Numbered from the stretch's first letter, positions 1 through 10,466 are shown. The stretch: 64,000 nucleotides of DNA from Tubiluchus corallicola (GCA_030141605.1 JAQGDQ010000907.1:1-64000); one strand, 5' to 3'. The notes: a model not told the origin generated them from the sequence alone. Numbers and translations are program-made.

Positions 1-930
1 GAGATAGTGAGAATGGCAAGCCACACTGATTATATTTATAATCCTGAGCTTGCTGAGGATATACGTTTTGCAAAGTGCATACCGGAAACAGAGATTGAGG
101 TCTGCTCTAAAGAGGTACTTTCTCGCCTTGGCAGAGTAAAGCATGTGGTGTTTGACCATGACGGAACAGTTAGTACCTTGAGAGAGGGTTGGGAGAAGAT
201 AATGAAGCCTGTAATGGTGGAGGCGATACTTGGAGATCAGTACCAAACTGCTGATAAGGTATTGCTGGATGAGGTGAGTAAGCGCTCGATGGAGTTTATT
301 GATATAACAACGGGTATACAAACTATAGTACAGATGGAAGGCTTGGTACAGTTGGTAAAGGATTTTGGTGTAGTACCCTATAGTAAGATTCTTGATAAGT
401 TTGGTTATAAAAAGGTTTATAACAATGCCCTTATGAAGATGGTAGATGAGCGTATTGGCAAGCTTGAGCTGGGACAGTTGGGGGTTAATGATTTCACTGT
501 AAGTGGAGCTGTTGGGTTTTTAAAGTTGCTAAAGAGGGAAGGTATGAAGCTATACCTTGCGAGTGGGACGGATAAAGATGATGTGGTGAATGAAGCAAAG
601 AGGCTGGGATATGCCGCCTTGTTTGACGGGCATATTTATGGGGCTCTGGGGAGTATTAAAAAGTATTCTAAAAGGATGGTTATTAATAGTATTATAGAAG
701 AGAATAACCTTCATGGAGATGAGTTGATGGTGGTTGGTGATGGGCCTGTAGAGATAAAAGAGTGTAACAGGAGTGGTGGAATATCTATTGGGGTTGCAAG
801 TGATGAAGTTCGCAGGTTTGGGCTAAATACTAAAAAGCGCACTCGCCTTATTAAGTCTGGTGCACACCTTATAGTTCCTGATTTCTTGCAGTCTGAGCGA
901 CTTTTAAAATTAATTTTAAGCACCAGGTGA
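1..930 (+). CDS. HAD-family hydrolase domain, probably the 3' part of a longer protein (frame open from base 1)
   Basis: HAD motifs FDHDGT, LYLASG and VVGDGPVE. No stop in this frame between base 1 and 930. Confidence 0.8.
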   Translation, partial: EIVRMASHTDYIYNPELAEDIRFAKCIPETEIEVCSKEVLSRLGRVKHVVFDHDGTVSTLREGWEKIMKPVMVEAILGDQYQTADKVLLDEVSKRSMEFIDITTGIQTIVQMEGLVQLVKDFGVVPYSKILDKFGYKKVYNNALMKMVDERIGKLELGQLGVNDFTVSGAVGFLKLLKREGMKLYLASGTDKDDVVNEAKRLGYAALFDGHIYGALGSIKKYSKRMVINSIIEENNLHGDELMVVGDGPVEIKECNRSGGISIGVASDEVRRFGLNTKKRTRLIKSGAHLIVPDFLQSERLLKLILSTR

Positions 931-965
931 AGCTTGAAATATTATAATGTTTAAAACAAAATGGC

Positions 966-2576
966 ATGAGCATCTCGTTAGGTACATTAGACTGGTTTGT
1001 TACTATCATTGTTTTGGCAGGGAGCCTTTTTGCGGGGCTATATATGGCCTACAGGGCAAAGGCGGGTGAGAATAGTTCAAATTTTTTTCTTGGAGGACGA
1101 AAGATTAAGTGGCCTGTTATAGGGGCTTCAATATTTGCTACTAATATAGGTGCAGAGCATCTTGTGGGTCTGTCCGGTGATTCATATCGTTATGGGTTAT
1201 CGGCCGGGTCGGTAGAGCTTACAACAGCAATTACCTTGGGCTTTGCGTGTGCTATCCTGCTTCCATATTATATTAAAAATAAGATATTTACTATCCCCGA
1301 GTTTCTTGAGATGCGCTATAATCGCGTAGCCCGAATTTTTTTTTCGGCATTGATGCTTATTATTAGCGTGATGACGAAGCTTGCGTTTACTCTATTTGCG
1401 GGAGCATTAGTGTTAAACAGCCTTCTGGGCTGGAGCGTGATGACTACAGTGTTTTATATAGGTATTATTGTTGCTGTTTTTACTATTGCAGGTGGATTTA
1501 CTGCTGTTGCTTATACCGATGCCATCCAGGCTACCATTATGATACTGGGTTGTAGTATTATGCTTTTTATAGGGCTTGATAAAGTTGGTGGGTGGAGTGG
1601 CTTAATGGATAAAGTGCCTGAAGCGATGACTATTGCAAAGCCGATTGATGACCCGGTCTATCCATTCTGGGGAATACTGGCAACCGCTTTTTATGCCGGG
1701 ATTTTTTACTGGGGCATAGATCAGGTAAATGTTCAGCGCATGTTGGCTGCCCCCAATCTTAAACAGGCAAGATGGGGAGCTATGTTTGCCATATTTTTAA
1801 AGCTGTTTCCTGTTTTCATCTTTGCTTTGCCTGGTGTTATAGCTTTTGCACTGTATCCGGGGCTAGAGGGAGAAGATACCAAGCAGACATTTGTTGTGCT
1901 GCTAAATAACCTTCTTCCGAGTGGGTTGAGAGGGCTTGTCCTGGCATCACTGATGGCTGCGCTTATCACCTCTCTTATTGCTGTTCTCAATTCTGTTTCT
2001 ACACTTGTTGTACGTGATTTTGTGATGGAGTTTCGCCCTAAGACTCCTGAGAAAAGGCAGGTGCTACTTGGACGTATTGTTATACTAGCAGTTACTATGC
2101 TGGGAATTGGAGCGGCCTATATGGTTTATAAAAATGAAGAGGGCCTGTATAAATATCTGCAAACAATTACGGCATATCTGGTACTTCCTGTGTTCCCGGC
2201 TATTTTCTTTGGTATTGTTAGCAAAAAGGTAACATTAAAAGGGGCTTATGCATCTGTGTTGACAGGTGCTATACTGGCGACAATATTTGTTATTGATCAG
2301 TTTTTAGGGAAGGAAGCAGGTGAAAGAGTCTTCCCGTTTCTATACTACAAGCTCACATTAAATTTTGGGTTTCGAGGGTTGTGGGCTACATTTATGATAA
2401 CAGGAGTACTATTTCTTGTATCTTCATTTACTGAAAAGAGTTCTCCCGCCAAACTGAAAAAAACGACAATCAACTATACAAAGGCAATCGGCAGGTTTGA
2501 GGGGTGGAGAGATTGGAGGTTGCACCTGGCTGTATTATCGGTTATTACTATTTTCATATATATATGGTTGAGCTAG
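966..2576 (+). CDS. Sodium:solute symporter (SSS family, sugar/polyol type)
   Basis: Many hydrophobic segments; FFLGGR, SIFATNIGAEH, GGFTAVAYTDAIQ and QVNVQRMLAA motifs. Confidence 0.9.
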   Translation: MSISLGTLDWFVTIIVLAGSLFAGLYMAYRAKAGENSSNFFLGGRKIKWPVIGASIFATNIGAEHLVGLSGDSYRYGLSAGSVELTTAITLGFACAILLPYYIKNKIFTIPEFLEMRYNRVARIFFSALMLIISVMTKLAFTLFAGALVLNSLLGWSVMTTVFYIGIIVAVFTIAGGFTAVAYTDAIQATIMILGCSIMLFIGLDKVGGWSGLMDKVPEAMTIAKPIDDPVYPFWGILATAFYAGIFYWGIDQVNVQRMLAAPNLKQARWGAMFAIFLKLFPVFIFALPGVIAFALYPGLEGEDTKQTFVVLLNNLLPSGLRGLVLASLMAALITSLIAVLNSVSTLVVRDFVMEFRPKTPEKRQVLLGRIVILAVTMLGIGAAYMVYKNEEGLYKYLQTITAYLVLPVFPAIFFGIVSKKVTLKGAYASVLTGAILATIFVIDQFLGKEAGERVFPFLYYKLTLNFGFRGLWATFMITGVLFLVSSFTEKSSPAKLKKTTINYTKAIGRFEGWRDWRLHLAVLSVITIFIYIWLS

Positions 2577-2616
2577 ACAGCCTGCAAAAATGCTGTGCAC
2601 AGTGATAGCAAATTTA

Positions 2617-2757
2617 GAGGCCTTTGCCAAAATTCATCTTTTTATTAATATTTTATCAAAGTCCTCTTCAAGATCCTCGTTTACATGAGTAAACTGCGAT
2701 TTATTATCGAATTTATTTTCGGCCTAGACCAAATGTGCTTTGCTTTGCAAAGGTTTT
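2617..2757. repeat. Degenerate intergenic MITE-like repeat copy
   Basis: Starts GAGGCCTTTGCCAAA and ends TTTGCAAAGGTTTT; internal blocks TCCTCTTCAA, AGTAAACTG and TTATCGAATTT recur in other copies. Confidence 0.7.
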
Positions 2758-2784
2758 GAAGTGTTTTATAATTTGCATTGAAAG

Positions 2785-2873
2785 CGGAGAGGAAGGGATT
2801 CGAACCCCCGAGGCCCTTGTAGGGGCCTACTCGCTTTCCAGGCGAGCCAGTTAAACCACTCCTGCACCTCTCC
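2785..2873 (-). tRNA. tRNA-Ser(GGA), CCA not encoded
   Basis: Reverse strand reads GGAGAGG...CCTCTCC-G acceptor stem, anticodon arm CTCGC-CTGGAAA-GCGAG, long variable arm and GGTTCGAATCC T-loop. Confidence 0.97.
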
Positions 2874-2906
2874 ATTTTTATGGCTTATATCTTTTATATA
2901 CATTCA

Positions 2907-3022
2907 GAAACGCTTGCAAAGTTCATCTTTTACTGATCATTTTCCGCTTATGCCAGTAAACTGAAACTTTTATCGAACTTTTTCTCAATGCAATTCAGAG
3001 CTTTTTGTTTTGCAAAGCTCTG
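2907..3022. repeat. Degenerate intergenic MITE-like repeat copy
   Basis: GAAACGCTTGCAAAGTTCATCTTTT...CAGTAAACTG...TTATCGAACTTTTTCTC...TTTTGCAAAGCTCT; aligns by eye with the 2617-2757 copy. Confidence 0.65.
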
Positions 3023-3107
3023 AATCAGGTAAAATAGGCACTTATGCTTGTAAGAGCAAAGAGTTAAAAGCCATAAAAATATTCCTGTTTGCAGAAATAC
3101 CTGATAT

Positions 3108-3464
3108 CTATTTTTCCGTTTTAAAACTTTCTTTTAGCAGTGATATAGCCTGAGCTTCATTAGGGACAATTGACAAAACAGTATCAAGCATTGCCAGCTT
3201 GACAAGTTTTGTCACATTAGTAGTCAGTCCAAAGAGTATAAACTTGCCTTTCCCCCTCTCACATAAACGATTTCCTGTGAGCATAGCGCTTAGGCCTGAC
3301 GAGTCACAATATGAACACTCACTTAAGTCTACAACTATATTGTTGCTTTTGTCACACGCAATAATAAATTCTGACTTTAAGTCAGGAGATATAAGGCCAT
3401 CCAATCTGCTGTTTAAAACTTTAAATAAGATATAGCCGTCTTTTTCTATTATTTTGAAATCCAT
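3108..3464 (-). CDS. STAS-domain anti-sigma factor antagonist
   Basis: VVDLSECSYCDSSGLSAML phospho-serine motif; 118 aa; directly downstream of rpsA. Confidence 0.9.
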   Translation of the reverse strand: MDFKIIEKDGYILFKVLNSRLDGLISPDLKSEFIIACDKSNNIVVDLSECSYCDSSGLSAMLTGNRLCERGKGKFILFGLTTNVTKLVKLAMLDTVLSIVPNEAQAISLLKESFKTEK

Positions 3465-3500
3465 GTATGTAATTTAAAGATATCATACCTGAAATAAATT

Positions 3501-5855
3501 TTATTTAGAATCTTTTTTCCCCTTGTCCTCCTCCATTTTAATCTTCAATTTAGCCAGTTCGCTGATATCCCCAAGGGTTGTTTTTTCCAGACTATCCTTT
3601 ACCGCCTTCATCCCTTTTCTCGTATTCTTACTGGCCACTTTTTTCTTGGAAGAGTCTTTTGATCGTTTCTCATCTTCAAATACACGTGAATGTGAAAGGA
3701 TGATTCGTTTTGCCGATTTAGAGAACTCGATGATTTTAAAGTCAAGCTTTTCATCAACTTTCACCTTTGAACCATCCTCTTTTATAAGGTGGCGTGGAGT
3801 GGCAAATCCTTCTACGCCATACTGAAGAGAAATAACCGCACCTTTATCAAAAATTTCAGTTATTGTTCCTTCATGTATGGAGTCAACAGTGAAGATTGTT
3901 TCAAATACATCCCAAGGATTTTCCTCAAGTTGTTTGTGCCCAAGGCTCAGTCTACGGTTTTCTTTGCCGACATCAAGAACAACCACCTCTATATTTGCCC
4001 CCACTGAAGTGAACTCTGAAGGGTGTTTTACCTTCTTTGTCCAACTCAAGTCGCTAATATGGATAAGGCCGTCAACACCCTCTTCTATTTCAACAAATAC
4101 GCCAAAGTTTGTAAAGTTGCGTACGCGGGCAGTATGCTTGGAGCCGATAGGGTATTTTTCTTCAATCTTTTCCCATGGATCCGGCTTAAGTTGCTTGATG
4201 CCTAGCGACATTTTTCTCTCCTCCCTGTCAAGCGTCAATATTTTTACCTCCACATCATCACCTGCTTTAAGGAAATCCTGTGCAGAGCGCAAATGTTGGG
4301 ACCAACTCATTTCTGAAACATGGACTAAGCCTTCTATGCCCTGAGCTATTTCAATAAATGCCCCATAGTCGGCAATAACAACAGCCTTCCCTTTGACAAC
4401 ATCTCCAACTTTAAGTTTAGCATCCAGGTTATCCCACGGATGCGATGTAAGCTGCTTCAGTCCTAGAGCTATACGCTTTTTAGAGTCATCAAAGTCGAGT
4501 ATGACGACATTTATTTTTTCATCGAGCTGAACAACCTCACTAGGGTGAGAAATACGCCCCCAGCTCAGATCAGTAATGTGTATTAAACCATCTACTCCGC
4601 CCAAGTCTATAAATACACCGTATGATGTGATATTTTTGACAATCCCTTCAAGAATCTGACCCTTCTCAAGCTTAGCAATAATCTCTTTTCTTTGCTGCTC
4701 GAGTTCTGCTTCAATAAGGGCTTTGTGGGAAACAACAACGTTTTTGTACTCCTGGTTAATCTTGACTACCTTAAGCTCCATAGTCTTGTCAACATAAATA
4801 TCGTAGTCGCGAATAGGTTTGACATCAATTTGAGAACCGGGAAGGAATGCTTCAATACCAAATACATCGACAATCATACCTCCTTTTGTGCGACATTTGA
4901 TATAGCCTGTAATGATCTCATCATTATCAAGCGCAGCGTTTACTCGATCCCAACTACGCACTGCACGTGCTTTTTTGTGTGAAAGCAAGAGCTGCCCTTT
5001 TTTATCTTCTAGGCTTTCAACATACATCTCTACTTCATCTCCTACTTTGAGGTCAGGATTGTATCGAAACTCATTTACAGAGACAACGCCGTCTGACTTA
5101 TATCCGATGTTTATGACGACCTCTCTTTTGTTTAAGGAGATGATTTTGCCGGTTAAAACTTCTTTTTCTTGGACACTGGAAAGCGTGTTGTCATAAAGCT
5201 TTGTCATTTCATCCTTCTCCGAAGTAGTGGCGAATGATTGAGTAGTACCTTCAAAAGCGTCCCAATCAAAGTCCTCGTCAGGGTCTGGAGTCAGCTTTGC
5301 TGTCTCGCTTGCTTTTTCTTCTGAATGGATCGTTTTATGTTCCTTTATAATATTTTCTTCAGGGGTATTTTCTGCAGAGGCTTCTTTTTCGGTTTTTTCC
5401 GTTACATCTACGGGAGCACTTTCTGCACTCTCTTTTACTGGAGTAGTTTCTTCAGGAGTATTTTCTGCAGATGTTTCTTTTTCGGTTTTTTCCGTTACAT
5501 CTACGGGAGCACTTTCTGCACTCTCTTTTACTGGAGTAGTTTCTTCAGGAGTATTTTCTGCAGATGTTTCTTTTTCGGTTTTTTCCGTTACTTCTTCGGG
5601 AGCACTTTCTGCATTCTCCTTTACTGGAGTAGTTTCTTCAGGAGTATTTTCTGCAGAGGCTTCTTTTTTGGTTTTTCCCGTTACTTCTTCGGGAGCACTT
5701 TCTGCACTCTCCTTTACTGGAGTGTTTTCTTCAGGAGCATCCTTTGCAGGAGTTCCCTTTTCAGTTTTACTATTTGTATTTTCTGGGGTATCCTTTATGT
5801 TCTCTTTTTCGTCCACACCCTCTTTTCCGATGTTCTTTTCGTTATCTGTATTCAT
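3501..5855 (-). CDS. rpsA: 30S ribosomal protein S1 with a long acidic repetitive N-terminal extension
   Basis: Successive S1 domains (NITSYGVFIDLGGVDGLIHITDLSW, GLVHVSEMSW, DGLIHISDLSW), Bacteroidota-type DFDWDAFE core start and KTTLGDI tail. Confidence 0.97.
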   Translation of the reverse strand: MNTDNEKNIGKEGVDEKENIKDTPENTNSKTEKGTPAKDAPEENTPVKESAESAPEEVTGKTKKEASAENTPEETTPVKENAESAPEEVTEKTEKETSAENTPEETTPVKESAESAPVDVTEKTEKETSAENTPEETTPVKESAESAPVDVTEKTEKEASAENTPEENIIKEHKTIHSEEKASETAKLTPDPDEDFDWDAFEGTTQSFATTSEKDEMTKLYDNTLSSVQEKEVLTGKIISLNKREVVINIGYKSDGVVSVNEFRYNPDLKVGDEVEMYVESLEDKKGQLLLSHKKARAVRSWDRVNAALDNDEIITGYIKCRTKGGMIVDVFGIEAFLPGSQIDVKPIRDYDIYVDKTMELKVVKINQEYKNVVVSHKALIEAELEQQRKEIIAKLEKGQILEGIVKNITSYGVFIDLGGVDGLIHITDLSWGRISHPSEVVQLDEKINVVILDFDDSKKRIALGLKQLTSHPWDNLDAKLKVGDVVKGKAVVIADYGAFIEIAQGIEGLVHVSEMSWSQHLRSAQDFLKAGDDVEVKILTLDREERKMSLGIKQLKPDPWEKIEEKYPIGSKHTARVRNFTNFGVFVEIEEGVDGLIHISDLSWTKKVKHPSEFTSVGANIEVVVLDVGKENRRLSLGHKQLEENPWDVFETIFTVDSIHEGTITEIFDKGAVISLQYGVEGFATPRHLIKEDGSKVKVDEKLDFKIIEFSKSAKRIILSHSRVFEDEKRSKDSSKKKVASKNTRKGMKAVKDSLEKTTLGDISELAKLKIKMEEDKGKKDSK
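5355..5750 (-). repeat. 93-bp (31-aa) tandem repeat, about 4.3 copies, inside the rpsA 5' region
   Basis: Unit ENTPEETTPVKESAESAPVDVTEKTEKETSA; equivalent positions at 5361, 5454, 5547, 5640 and 5733. Confidence 0.95.
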
Positions 5856-5918
5856 TTCTGACAGTTTTAAACTTAATTAATAAATTAGACAATATATTTG
5901 TAAGCATCTTAAGTGCTG

Positions 5919-5926
5919 CAAAATTA
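5919..5926 (-). promoter_or_regulatory. Bacteroidota sigma70 -7 box (TAATTTTG) for rpsA
   Basis: Matches TAnnTTTG about 65 bp upstream of the rpsA start. Confidence 0.5.
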
Positions 5927-6109
5927 TGATATAAAACCTGTGCTACCAAACATTTAAGATCATTTTTCAATTATATGGAACATAGGTAATAGATTAAACT
6001 CAAAAAGTTAATGACGAAAATTACTAGCTTTGTGTTTATAAAACGTTGTACTGTAGATGACAACAGGCAGGAGGTAGGATAAAAAATGAAAAATGAAAAA
6101 TCAGATAAT

Positions 6110-6991
6110 ATGAAAGGAATTATACTTGCGGGTGGCCTTGGCAAGAGGTTACATCCTATAACTAAGAGTATCTCCAAACAATTGTTGCCTATTTATGATA
6201 AGCCGATGGTATACTATCCGCTATCAGTGCTTATGACTGCGGGGATAAGAGAAATTCTTATTATATCTACGCAGAGTGATCTTCCTCACTTTAAAACGCT
6301 GTTTGGCGATGGTAGCAGTATTGGTATGAAAATTTGCTATGCGGAACAGGCTGTTCCTGCCGGAATTGCGCAGGCATTTATTATTGGAGAGGAGTTTATT
6401 GGGAGCAGTGATGTATGTCTTATTTTGGGAGATAATATTTTTTATGGTGATAAGTTGAATGCAATGTTGGAAGATGCGACTAGCTATCGTGCTGGTGCTG
6501 TAATATTTGGCTATTATGTCAATGATCCCAGCAGGTATGGTGTTGTTGAGTTTTCTACAAATGGGAAGGTTTTAAGTATTGAAGAGAAGCCTGAGAAGCC
6601 TCGCTCCAACTATGTTGTTACTGGGCTATACTTTTATACGAATGACGTGGTTAGGAAGGCAAAGAAACTGACCCCTTCATCAAGAGGTGAATTGGAAATT
6701 ACAGATCTAAACAGGCTCTATCTTCAAGAGGGCAGGCTGCGTGTTAAAAATATGGGCAGAGGGACGGCATGGCTTGATACTGGGACACATGAGAGCCTTA
6801 TACAGGCTTCGAATTTTATTGCCACAATTGAGCAGAGGCAGGGGCTTAAAGTAGCATGTATAGAGGAGATAGCTTTTAAGAAGGGCTGGATTGATAAACA
6901 GCAGCTTTCCATCCTTGCGAAGAGCTTGGAATATAATCGTTATGGGGAGTATCTTTCAAAGCTGGCAAAGGGAGATATTGTACCGATATAA
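6110..6991 (+). CDS. rfbA: Glucose-1-phosphate thymidylyltransferase
   Basis: [29 protein letters not shown] and AWLDTGT. Start placed at MKGIIL; an in-frame ATG also exists at 6086. Confidence 0.95.
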   Translation: MKGIILAGGLGKRLHPITKSISKQLLPIYDKPMVYYPLSVLMTAGIREILIISTQSDLPHFKTLFGDGSSIGMKICYAEQAVPAGIAQAFIIGEEFIGSSDVCLILGDNIFYGDKLNAMLEDATSYRAGAVIFGYYVNDPSRYGVVEFSTNGKVLSIEEKPEKPRSNYVVTGLYFYTNDVVRKAKKLTPSSRGELEITDLNRLYLQEGRLRVKNMGRGTAWLDTGTHESLIQASNFIATIEQRQGLKVACIEEIAFKKGWIDKQQLSILAKSLEYNRYGEYLSKLAKGDIVPI

Positions 6992-7080
6992 GCTTATGTT
7001 GTGGTTTTAAAAACATATCGAAGAGATAAAATATGATGCGAAATGGCAGGGGCGCAATTAAGTATAAGTTTTAAAGTTTT

Positions 7081-7626
7081 ATGAAAATAGAGCATACACC
7101 TATAGAGGGGTTATTAATAATAGAGCCAGACGTTTTTGAGGATGAACGCGGATACTTTTTTGAGAGTTTTAATAAGCGGGAACTTGAGGATATTGGAGTG
7201 TCCAATACGGACTTTGTCCAGGATAACCAATCCATGTCTGTATATGGGGTTATAAGGGGATTACACTATCAGCTTTTTCCTCACGCGCAATGTAAGTTGG
7301 TTAGGGCGCAGGAAGGGAGGATATTTGACGTTGCTGTCGATTTAAGACAGGAGTCTTCGACTTTTGGGAAGTGGTTTGGTATTGAGTTAACAGCTGATAA
7401 TAAGAAGCAGCTTTATATTCCTTGTGGTTTTGCGCATGGATTTTCTGTTTTGAGTGAAAGTGCTTTATTTACATACAAATGTAGCAGTTATTATGATCCG
7501 AAGAGTGAGAGGGGGATAGCATATAATGACCCTTTTCTGGGTATTGACTGGAGGGTTGAAAAAGGTAGAGAGATAGTATCAGAAAAAGATATAAGCAATC
7601 CTCTGTTTAAGAGGGCTGAGATGTGA
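7081..7626 (+). CDS. rfbC: dTDP-4-dehydrorhamnose 3,5-epimerase
   Basis: DERGYFFESF, FVQDNQS, RGLHYQ and GFAHGF. Confidence 0.95.
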   Translation: MKIEHTPIEGLLIIEPDVFEDERGYFFESFNKRELEDIGVSNTDFVQDNQSMSVYGVIRGLHYQLFPHAQCKLVRAQEGRIFDVAVDLRQESSTFGKWFGIELTADNKKQLYIPCGFAHGFSVLSESALFTYKCSSYYDPKSERGIAYNDPFLGIDWRVEKGREIVSEKDISNPLFKRAEM

Positions 7627-7657
7627 TATTTTATAAGTAATAAAATCTGTTTTTATA

Positions 7658-8527
7658 ATGAAAGTGTTAGTTACAGGTGCATTAGGGCAGCTGGGCAGAG
7701 AGATAAAAGATATAGAAAGGGAGTTTCCTTTTCTGGATATTGCATATACAGGTGTAGATACACTTGATGTTACAGACAAACGTTCTTTGGAAGAGTTTTT
7801 TAGAGCGGAGAAGCCGAATATGGTTTTAAATTGTGCTGCCTACACTGCTGTAGACAGAGCGGAGAGTAACTCTGAGAAGGCAGGAGTAGTAAATCGCGAT
7901 GCTGTGAGAAACCTTGCCGAAGTGTGTAAAGAGCTGGGAAGCTTTATGATACATTTCTCGACCGATTATGTTTTTGACGGGACAAGTTATCGTCCTTATA
8001 TAGAGGAAGATCCTACTGGCCCTATCTCTGTTTACGGGAAAACGAAAATGGAGGGTGAGAATGAGTTAATACATTCAGGGATAAAGTATATAATTATTCG
8101 CACCTCGTGGCTTTACTCTACCTATGGCAATAATTTTGTAAAAAGAATGATAGAGCTTGGGAAAGAACGCGAGGAGTTGAAGGTAGTCTCAGATCAGGTG
8201 GGAGTGCCTACAAGTGCTGCTGATCTTGCTAAAGTAGTGCTAACTATTGTAGCAAAAACTGTGGAAGATGGCTTGGCATTTGTTCCCGGAATATACCACT
8301 ACGCAAATGCAGGAGTTGCCAGCTGGTATGATTTTGCACTGGCCATTCATGAGCTATATGGCAATATGCATTGCAAAGTTTTGCCTGTTACAACAAAAGA
8401 TTATCCTGTAACGGTACAACGCCCCCATTATTCTGTTCTTGATAATACAAAAATAAGAGGTGAGTTTAATGTTGATATTCCTCACTGGAGAAGTAGTTTG
8501 AAAAAAGTTATTGAAAAACTAAAATAA
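7658..8527 (+). CDS. rfbD: dTDP-4-dehydrorhamnose reductase
   Basis: VTGALGQLG, NCAAYTAVDRAE, STDYVFDG and YGKTK. Confidence 0.95.
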   Translation: MKVLVTGALGQLGREIKDIEREFPFLDIAYTGVDTLDVTDKRSLEEFFRAEKPNMVLNCAAYTAVDRAESNSEKAGVVNRDAVRNLAEVCKELGSFMIHFSTDYVFDGTSYRPYIEEDPTGPISVYGKTKMEGENELIHSGIKYIIIRTSWLYSTYGNNFVKRMIELGKEREELKVVSDQVGVPTSAADLAKVVLTIVAKTVEDGLAFVPGIYHYANAGVASWYDFALAIHELYGNMHCKVLPVTTKDYPVTVQRPHYSVLDNTKIRGEFNVDIPHWRSSLKKVIEKLK

Positions 8528-8535
8528 TTATCACT

Positions 8536-10281
8536 ATGGATGACAATGTATTGAAGCTAGTTGAAGAAAAGGCACATGAATGGCTTACTGGAAAGTATGA
8601 TGAAGATACAAAGGTAGAAGTGCGTCGGCTGCTTGAGCAGGAAGACAAAACAGAGCTCATAGATGCATTTTATAAAGACCTGGAGTTTGGTACAGGCGGA
8701 TTAAGAGGCATTATGGGCGTGGGTTCAAACAGAATGAATATATATACTGTAGGGGCAGCGACACAAGGCTTAAGTAATTATATGAAAAAGGCTTTTTCAC
8801 ATTTGCCTGTAATACAGGTAGCTATTGGATATGATTGCCGAAATAATAGCAAGTTGTATGCAGAGGTATCGGCAAAAATATTTTCGGCAAATGGTATAAA
8901 GGTTTTTCTGTTTGATGATTTAAGGCCAACACCGGAACTATCTTTTGTGATACGCGAGTTGGGACTGCAGGGGGGAATTATATTGACTGCTTCTCATAAT
9001 CCAAAGGAGTATAATGGCTATAAAGCTTACTGGGATGATGGTTCACAACTGATTGGGCCACATGATGTGAATGTGATAAAAGAGGTAAGAAAAGTAACGG
9101 TTAATGATATTAAGTTTGATGGAAGCGAAGAAAATATTACTCTGTTGGGAGAAGATATTGATAAGGCTTACCTTGATAGGGTAGTAACAGTTTCTCTTTC
9201 GCGCGAATTAGTCAAAAAGCATCATGACCTAAAGATAGTGTATACCCCTATTCATGGGACGGGGGTAAGGCTGGTACCTATGGCGTTGAGACGTATGGGG
9301 TTTACTAATATAATAAATGTTCCCGAACAGGATGTTGTAAGTGGAGATTTTCCTACAGTTGTATCCCCCAACCCTGAAGATCCAGCAGCTATGGAGATGG
9401 CTATAAAGAAGGCAGAGGAGGTAGGAGCGGAGCTGGTGATGGCTACCGATCCCGATTCTGACAGACTTAGTATATCGGTGAGAGATAGTAATAATAAGTT
9501 TGTAATAATTAATGGCAATCAAACAGTTCTACTTTTTCTGTATTACATTATAACAAAGCGTCGTGAGTTGGGCAATGGTATTACGGGAAATGAATATGTC
9601 GTAAGGACTATTGTCACTACCGAACTGGTTGCCGATATAGCAAGAAGAAATGGTGTGGAGTGTTTCGACTGCTATACGGGGTTTAAGTATATTGCTGGAG
9701 TAATTCGAGATAATGAAGGTAAGAAGGAGTATATAGGTGGGGGAGAGGAGAGTTTTGGTTTCCTTCCTGCAGATTTTGTTCGTGACAAGGATGCGGTTAG
9801 CTCGTGCGCGCTAATTGCTGAAGCTGCTGCCTGGGCAAAAGAGAATGGGAAGTCTCTATATGAAATATTGCAAGATATCTATCTTGAATATGGTTTTTCA
9901 AAAGAGAAGATGAAAGATGTGGTACGAAAAGGGAAGGAGGGAGCTGCTGCAATTGAACATATGATGACAGTTTTGCGTAATAATCCGCCTGTGGCGCTTG
10001 CGGGTTCAACGCTATCTCTTGTGAAAGATTATAAAGAGCTTACTATAACTAATGTGGCTACGGGAGAAAAGGTGCCGATAGACAATAATGAAACATCGAA
10101 TGTATTGCAGTTTTTCACGGAAGATGGAACTAAGGTGTCAGTGCGCCCATCAGGCACTGAGCCTAAGATAAAATTTTATGTTGAAGTGAAAGCCAAGGTT
10201 AGTTCTCGTGAGCAGTTTGAAAAAGTAGAGGTGGAGGCGGATAAAAAGATAAATAAGGTGATGGCTGATATGGGTATATAG
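8536..10281 (+). CDS. pgm: Phosphoglucomutase/phosphomannomutase
   Basis: FGTGGLRG, TASHNP, DPDSDR, GGEESFG and RPSGTEPKIK. Confidence 0.93.
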   Translation: MDDNVLKLVEEKAHEWLTGKYDEDTKVEVRRLLEQEDKTELIDAFYKDLEFGTGGLRGIMGVGSNRMNIYTVGAATQGLSNYMKKAFSHLPVIQVAIGYDCRNNSKLYAEVSAKIFSANGIKVFLFDDLRPTPELSFVIRELGLQGGIILTASHNPKEYNGYKAYWDDGSQLIGPHDVNVIKEVRKVTVNDIKFDGSEENITLLGEDIDKAYLDRVVTVSLSRELVKKHHDLKIVYTPIHGTGVRLVPMALRRMGFTNIINVPEQDVVSGDFPTVVSPNPEDPAAMEMAIKKAEEVGAELVMATDPDSDRLSISVRDSNNKFVIINGNQTVLLFLYYIITKRRELGNGITGNEYVVRTIVTTELVADIARRNGVECFDCYTGFKYIAGVIRDNEGKKEYIGGGEESFGFLPADFVRDKDAVSSCALIAEAAAWAKENGKSLYEILQDIYLEYGFSKEKMKDVVRKGKEGAAAIEHMMTVLRNNPPVALAGSTLSLVKDYKELTITNVATGEKVPIDNNETSNVLQFFTEDGTKVSVRPSGTEPKIKFYVEVKAKVSSREQFEKVEVEADKKINKVMADMGI

Positions 10282-10333
10282 AGTTGGGCATTCGTCTGCA
10301 GCACACTATTATTGAAAATTAGCTCAATATGCA

Positions 10334-10466
10334 GAGGCTTTTACAAGGTGAAGTATTTTGGCTTAGGTTGAAAACTTGATGATAAGCTGCAGTTTGCTGA
10401 TGCAAATGGGGGCATTGAAAAGGATTTTGATGAAAACATTGGTAAAGGCATGAGTTTAAAGGGCTC
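10334..10466. repeat. Degenerate intergenic MITE-like repeat copy (opposite orientation to the 2617 copy)
   Basis: GAGGCTTTTACAAGG...TTTGGCTTAGGTTGA...CAGTTTGCTGATG...TTGAAAAGGATTTTGATGAAAACATT...AAAGGGCTC. Confidence 0.65.

Noticed and set aside
2681-2875. 64-aa ORF on the minus strand
   Set aside because: It overlaps tRNA-Ser and a repeat copy, so it is spurious.
5355-5750. Possible CRISPR array
   Set aside because: The units are contiguous 93-bp coding repeats with no unique spacers, and there are no cas genes.
5325-5861. 178-aa repetitive Phe/Cys-rich ORF on the plus strand
   Set aside because: Antisense shadow of the rpsA repeats.
6110-8527. rfbB missing from the rfbA-rfbC-rfbD cluster
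   Set aside because: Split rhamnose clusters are common, and absence from one window says nothing about the genome.
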